Assembly (NCBI GenBank): GCA_963719515.1
Contig: CAVRCJ010000014.1
Coordinates: 64,001 to 128,000, forward strand
Source: an uncultured cyanobacterium
Lineage (GTDB): Bacteria > Cyanobacteriota > Cyanobacteriia > CAKZMO01
Reading direction: 5' to 3'
Length of the DNA: 64,000 nt
Both the position numbers and the translations under genes were made by a program. This document shows positions 59,098 through 64,000 of the stretch, piece after piece. The notes beneath the pieces were generated by a model. The model searched no databases. It was not told the DNA's origin and saw only the letters and a list, made by a program, of their open reading frames with translations. The first letter of the stretch is position 1. Each line of letters starts with the position of its first letter.

Positions 59098-61683
59098 ATG
59101 GGATACCATTTTCGCCTCGACGATCGTCGTTCCTTTGCGCTGCCTGGCGCTCAACCCCACTACACCCCCGACCGCCCCGGTCAGGTCAACCACATTAGCT
59201 TAGATATCGTCCTCGATATTCCCCATCGGCGCTACAGCGGGCGCTGTACGATTTTGCTGAAGCCCATGCGCGATGATGTTAAGCAGTTAACCCTCGATGC
59301 GGTTAATCTCACCATCAATGAGGTGACCGTCGATGGGGCGACGCAGCCTTTTGACTACGACGGCGAGCAGCTGCAGATTCACCTGTCCCAAGCGCCCCAA
59401 ATCGATTCTCCAATTGCGGTGGCGATTGCCTACCAAGTCGAGCAGCCCCAGCGCGGTCTTTACTTTATTGGTCCTAGCGATCACTACCCCGATAAGCCAG
59501 TGCAGGTGTGGACCCAGGGAGAAGACGAGGACTCTCGCTTTTGGTTTCCCTGCTTCGACTATCCCGGCCAGCTGGCCTCCTCCGAAATTCGCGTCCGCGT
59601 GCCCAGCGACCTGATGGCGGTGTCTAATGGGCGGCTGGTGTCTGTGGAGAGCGAGGGAGACCACAAGATTTATCACTGGCGGCAGGATGAGGTTCACCCC
59701 ACCTACCTGATGACTTTGGCAGTGGGAGACTTTGCCGAGCTACAGGACCAGTGGCAGGGTAAACCCATCACCTACTACGTCGAAAAGGGCCGTGAGGCGG
59801 ACGCCCGTCGCACGATGGGAAAAACCCCTGCAATGGTCGACTTCCTTAGCCGCGCCTACGGCTATCCCTATCCTTACCCTAAGTACGCCCAGGTCTGCGT
59901 CGATGACTTCATCTTTGGCGGTATGGAGAATACCTCTACCACCCTGCTGACGGATCGCTGCCTCTTAGACGAGCGGGCGGCGATAGATAATCGCAACGCC
60001 GAAAGCCTGGTGGTTCACGAGCTGGCTCACCAGTGGTTTGGGGATTTAGTGGTAATTAAGCATTGGTCACACGCCTGGATTAAGGAGGGCATGGCCTCTT
60101 ATTCGGAGGTGATGTGGACCGAGCAGGAATATGGAAAAGACGAGGCGGTCTACTATCGGCTTAATGAGGCTCGAAGCTACATCGAGGAAGATAGCTCTCG
60201 CTACCGTCGCCCTATGGTCACCCACGTTTATCGGGAAGCCATTGAGCTATATGACTCCCACATCTACGAAAAGGGAGCTTGCGTCTACCACATGATTCGC
60301 GCTGAGCTTGGGAATGCTTTGTTCGAACGGGCGATGCATCAATTTGTGCAGGACAACGCCCACCGCACCGTCGAAACGGTGGATCTGCTGCGGGCAATTG
60401 ACAAAGCTACGGGGCGAAACCTGCAGTTTTTGTTTGACCAATACGTCTTCCGCGGCGGCTATCCCCAGTTCAAGGTGTCCTACAGCTGGGACAATGACGC
60501 CCAGCTGGCCAAGCTGACGGTGGCTCAAACCCAAGTGAAGCCCGGCGTGACTGACCCCGCTGAGCTGTTTGACCTCAAGATTCCCGTGGGCTTTGCGACC
60601 CTGTCGGATGACGGTGAGGTTGAGCTGACGACGGTGAAGGTGCGCATCAATCAGCAAGAGCAAACCTTCTACTTCCCGCTACCCGCAAAGCCTGCTTTTA
60701 TCAGCTTTGACCAGGGCAACTGTTACCTGAAGACGGTGTCCCTAGAAATGCCTCTGGCGGAGTTAACAGCCCAGCTTGCTCACGATCCGGACCCCCTGTC
60801 GCGAATTCACGCAGCGGCGGCGATCGCTAAGAAAGGCGGCCTAGAGGCGGTTCATGCCTTATCCAAAGCGCTAAAAGACGATACCTTTTGGGGCGTGCGC
60901 GCCGAGGTGGCAAAGCAGCTTGCTAAGGTGAAGTTGGACCAGGCGACAGAGGTACTGCTCAGTGGGCTAGACGATGCCAATCCCCGCGTGCGCAAAGCGG
61001 TGGTTCAGGCTTTGGCGAAGGCGAAAACAAAGCCGGTTTACAAAGCTCTGAGGGCGATCGCACAAGATGGCGACGAGAGCTACTACGTTGAGGCAGCGGC
61101 AATTCAGGGACTAGCAAACGTAGTCACCGGTAGTGACTTAGCGATCAAGCAAGACAAAGTCATTAAGCTGCTGGCCAGCATCCTGGAGAAGCGGGCGGGC
61201 TGGAACGAGGTACTGCGCGCGGGGGCAATTGCGGGGTTGAGCAAGCTGTCTCCTGCTCCAGAAGCGCTCCAGCTCATCTTAGACCATACGGCGCTAGGCA
61301 CCCCGCAGCCGCTGCGGCTTGCGTCCATCCGTGCCTTAGGCCAAGTTTCGATCGGACAAGATAAGCCAGCGCTAGAGCGCATCTTAAACCATCTTGACGA
61401 ACTCTCTCGCGAAACTTTCTTCTTGACGCAGGTTGCCGTTGTGGCGGCCCTCGGAAAAATGGAAACACCAAAAGCGATCGCCGTCCTGGAATCTTTGGCC
61501 TCTCAGTCCAGCGATGGGCGGGTGCGGCGGCGCGCCGAGGAGGCCATCGAGAAAGTTCGTAAAGTGACTCGGCCCGATGAGGCGGTCAAGCAGCTGCGCA
61601 AAGAGATGGACCAGATGAAGCAGACCAATCAGGAGTTACGCAGTCGCCTAGAAGAGCTTGAGGCTAAGCTCAAGCCATCGTAG
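59098..61683 (+). CDS. pepN: M1 aminopeptidase with C-terminal HEAT repeats
   Basis: GGMEN, HELAHQWFG..KEG, HEAT repeats, terminal coiled coil. Confidence 0.92.
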   Translation: MGYHFRLDDRRSFALPGAQPHYTPDRPGQVNHISLDIVLDIPHRRYSGRCTILLKPMRDDVKQLTLDAVNLTINEVTVDGATQPFDYDGEQLQIHLSQAPQIDSPIAVAIAYQVEQPQRGLYFIGPSDHYPDKPVQVWTQGEDEDSRFWFPCFDYPGQLASSEIRVRVPSDLMAVSNGRLVSVESEGDHKIYHWRQDEVHPTYLMTLAVGDFAELQDQWQGKPITYYVEKGREADARRTMGKTPAMVDFLSRAYGYPYPYPKYAQVCVDDFIFGGMENTSTTLLTDRCLLDERAAIDNRNAESLVVHELAHQWFGDLVVIKHWSHAWIKEGMASYSEVMWTEQEYGKDEAVYYRLNEARSYIEEDSSRYRRPMVTHVYREAIELYDSHIYEKGACVYHMIRAELGNALFERAMHQFVQDNAHRTVETVDLLRAIDKATGRNLQFLFDQYVFRGGYPQFKVSYSWDNDAQLAKLTVAQTQVKPGVTDPAELFDLKIPVGFATLSDDGEVELTTVKVRINQQEQTFYFPLPAKPAFISFDQGNCYLKTVSLEMPLAELTAQLAHDPDPLSRIHAAAAIAKKGGLEAVHALSKALKDDTFWGVRAEVAKQLAKVKLDQATEVLLSGLDDANPRVRKAVVQALAKAKTKPVYKALRAIAQDGDESYYVEAAAIQGLANVVTGSDLAIKQDKVIKLLASILEKRAGWNEVLRAGAIAGLSKLSPAPEALQLILDHTALGTPQPLRLASIRALGQVSIGQDKPALERILNHLDELSRETFFLTQVAVVAALGKMETPKAIAVLESLASQSSDGRVRRRAEEAIEKVRKVTRPDEAVKQLRKEMDQMKQTNQELRSRLEELEAKLKPS

Positions 61684-61698
61684 CCTACCTCCCAAAAC

Positions 61699-61739
61699 CT
61701 ACAGCGGCTGAGGAAACACATGCTCCTCAGCCGCTGTAG
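61699..61739. terminator. hairpin between convergent genes
   Basis: Perfect 16-bp stem CTACAGCGGCTGAGGA/TCCTCAGCCGCTGTAG. Confidence 0.75.
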
Positions 61740-61790
61740 TATCGTACGGGCTCAAATAAGTTGGGAAGGCTTAACTTACCAATCCGTGAC

Positions 61791-62807
61791 TTACCACAGG
61801 CCGCGGACGGGCTGAGTCGTCGCTGCAGGCTGAGTCGTAGTCACTGTGGGTTGAGTTGTGGTCGTGGTCGTGGTCGTGGTCGACTCCATTTCCATCTCAG
61901 ACTCCATTCCCATGTCGGAGTCCATCTCCATCTCAGACTCCATTTCCATGTCGGAGTCCATTTCCGAGTCCATTTCGGAGCCCATTTCCATTTCCGAGTC
62001 CATGTCGGAGTCCATTTCCGAGTCCATTCCCATGTCGGAGTCCATGTCGGAGTCCATTCCCATGTCGGAGTCCATCTCAGACTCTCCCTGTGCCTCCAGT
62101 TCATTCTGCGTACTTGGACCGTCCGTCATCTCGGTCTCCGTCGGCTCGTCGAGCTCAGATTCTCCGTCAGACTCCATCTCAGACATCGTTATGCCCGGAT
62201 TGACGGACATCATCATGCCATCGTCGGCCATGATGGCGACTATAGTGTCATCTGAAATCAGCAGCGAGATATCATCGCCGGGGTTCAAGCTCAGGCCAGC
62301 AATCTCTGACGAGCCGACGTTGATCACCTCTAAGCCGCTGGTGTCCTCACGGTCAACGCGAATCGTGCCAAAGTCAGGATCAATCTCGCGCACGGTAGCG
62401 GATACAAACATAGACATGGGCGCTGCAGTCGGCTCACCGATGGGTCCAGTGTTGACCGCCATCATCATACCGCTCTCGCTCTCGGAGATAGCGATAACGT
62501 TGCCGTCGCGGATGACAAGGTCAACCATATCCCCTTCTTTCAAGGTGGCAACGTCTTCTTGGCCCACATAGATAACTTCTAGCGTCCCGGTGTCTTCGCG
62601 GTCGACGCGAATCTCGCCAAAGTCCTCATCCACGTTCCGAACTGTACCAGAGACGGTCATAGCCATCATGCCCATCTCTTCAGAAGTCTGAGCCATGAGT
62701 GACGGTGCTGTACCCTCGACACTAATAACCTCTTGCGCGAAAGCAGGCGCAGCAATAAACGAAGCCGCTGCCGTAGAGGCAAGTAGGACAGAACGTAAAG
62801 ATACCAT
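61791..62807 (-). CDS. secreted Met/Asp/Glu-rich repeat protein ending PVRGLW
   Basis: GGGAG RBS, signal peptide (APAFA), duplicated ~70-aa domain, MDSDMG/MESEME repeats, Thr run. Confidence 0.85.
   Translation of the reverse strand: MVSLRSVLLASTAAASFIAAPAFAQEVISVEGTAPSLMAQTSEEMGMMAMTVSGTVRNVDEDFGEIRVDREDTGTLEVIYVGQEDVATLKEGDMVDLVIRDGNVIAISESESGMMMAVNTGPIGEPTAAPMSMFVSATVREIDPDFGTIRVDREDTSGLEVINVGSSEIAGLSLNPGDDISLLISDDTIVAIMADDGMMMSVNPGITMSEMESDGESELDEPTETEMTDGPSTQNELEAQGESEMDSDMGMDSDMDSDMGMDSEMDSDMDSEMEMGSEMDSEMDSDMEMESEMEMDSDMGMESEMEMESTTTTTTTTTQPTVTTTQPAATTQPVRGLW
61858..62085 (-). repeat. coding tandem repeat (6/12/18-bp units) plus GTGGTC x4
   Basis: GAGTCCAT(T/G/C)TC.. units on the + strand encode M-D/E-S-D/E. 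Confidence 0.9.
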
Positions 62808-62995
62808 GTAAATACTCCTATAATCTCTGGATATCAACCGGGTGCATCTCCTAGCTAAAGTTTGGAAACCACTCCTCTTACATCACTGCACTATATATTT
62901 TCAATTCTTAATCCTGCGTATACCCCAGGTTAGAAGCTGCGAGCAGGAGCCTCGATCTATAATTAAAGACTATACTTTTGCCAAAAGAGATTAAC

Positions 62996-64000
62996 TTAGC
63001 TCGTGAAGGCCGGGTGGGCAGCCGGCTGCGGAGCCAAACTATCGTGGACCGCAACGGGTAAGGCGACCTCAACTGTTGTTCCCAAACCTAAGCCATCGCT
63101 GCGCAGCATGATGGTCCCCCCCATAAGTTCGATTAAGTTGCGGGAGATCGCTAGCCCTAGCCCTGTCCCCTCGAACTTGCGAGTCGTGCTGCCGTCCACC
63201 ATCACAAAGGGTCTAAACAGCTTGTGCTGCTGTGTCGGGTCGATGCCAATTCCCGTATCTGCAATAGACACGATGACCCAGCGAGGCGCGAGTGAGTCGG
63301 TGGATGTAGACTTCTTGGGACTGTTGCCCTCCCCAAGATCGGATGCAACGCGGGTGCCTATCGTGATGCCGCCGTGGTCTGTAAATTTGATCGCGTTGTA
63401 GATCAGATTGAGGAAAACCTGCTTCAGTTTGGCCCGATCGGCCTTGACCTGTACCGACGGTAGATCCGACACTTTGAGCCACAGCCCTTTTTGATGCGCC
63501 TCAACGGTCTGTAACCCTGAGACCTCAGCCAACAGTTTGGCAAGGTCAATATCTTCGAAGCTCAGCGACAGCGTGCCCGCTTCAATTCTGGCAATGTCGA
63601 GTAAGTCATTGATAATCTTTAGAAGATGAATTGCCGCTTCGTCTGCGCGGTCTAAAAACTCAAGCTCCTCAGCGCGATCGTCACAGCAGTCGTCTTTAAC
63701 TAGACGAATACAGCCAATGATGGCGTTGAGGGGCGTACGCAGCTCGTGGGAGGTATTCGCCAAGAACTCGCTTTTGAGTTGGTTGGCGGTTTCTGCTTCT
63801 TGCCAAGCCGATTCTAACTCCTGTGCCCTTTCCTCCAGTCGCCTCACCATATGGCCAAGCACCTCTGCCAGCTGGTTTAGCTCGCGAATTTGAAAATTCT
63901 TGGGGACATCGTTAGCGTGGTGCTCGTCGATATGGCGCGCGAACTCCCCCAACTGTTCAATGGGTCGGGCCAAGTCTCGAGAGAGGTATAGCATACCGAG
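62996..64000 (-). CDS. sensor histidine kinase, 5' end outside the window
   Basis: [35 protein letters not shown]. Confidence 0.93.
   Translation of the reverse strand, partial: LGMLYLSRDLARPIEQLGEFARHIDEHHANDVPKNFQIRELNQLAEVLGHMVRRLEERAQELESAWQEAETANQLKSEFLANTSHELRTPLNAIIGCIRLVKDDCCDDRAEELEFLDRADEAAIHLLKIINDLLDIARIEAGTLSLSFEDIDLAKLLAEVSGLQTVEAHQKGLWLKVSDLPSVQVKADRAKLKQVFLNLIYNAIKFTDHGGITIGTRVASDLGEGNSPKKSTSTDSLAPRWVIVSIADTGIGIDPTQQHKLFRPFVMVDGSTTRKFEGTGLGLAISRNLIELMGGTIMLRSDGLGLGTTVEVALPVAVHDSLAPQPAAHPAFTS

Noticed and set aside
1457..61481. Numerous GCGATCGC palindromes
   Set aside because: Ordinary cyanobacterial HIP1; used only as a taxonomic cue.
61856..62203. Tandem repeats as a CRISPR array or overlapping genes
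   Set aside because: No unique spacers and no cas genes; units are multiples of 3 within a coding low-complexity tract; the other-frame ORFs are shadows.

Overview
Cyanobacterial chromosomal window (GC-rich, frequent HIP1 octamer GCGATCGC, psbD/nblA/psb32/ycf37; probably a Leptolyngbya/Nodosilinea-like lineage). Most of it is housekeeping: partial katG, two sensor kinases, 6S RNA, ppa, cobM, codA, the mlaE-DUF3119-DUF3086-plsY cluster, an M16 peptidase pair, sucrose synthase, rpe, tRNA-Asn, standalone psbD, lptA/B/FG, infC, rpmI-rplT and an M1 aminopeptidase. Five things stand out. (1) An ~860-aa coiled-coil/acidic protein ends on G-A10-G-TAG (containing A_AAA_AAG) exactly where a start-less Hsp70/actin-fold ORF opens in the -1 frame, a candidate programmed frameshift or slippage fusion. 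(2) A tnpA-less IS200/IS605 element carries intact TnpB and a divergent RHH repressor, and 31 kb away a 392-bp ORF-less derivative keeps both ends, its own promoter and an omega-RNA-like scaffold. (3) A standalone DXCF-type GAF domain is coupled to cobM. (4) infC starts at ATC. (5) A secreted Met/acidic-repeat protein. All calls come from reading motifs by eye; no database searches were run.
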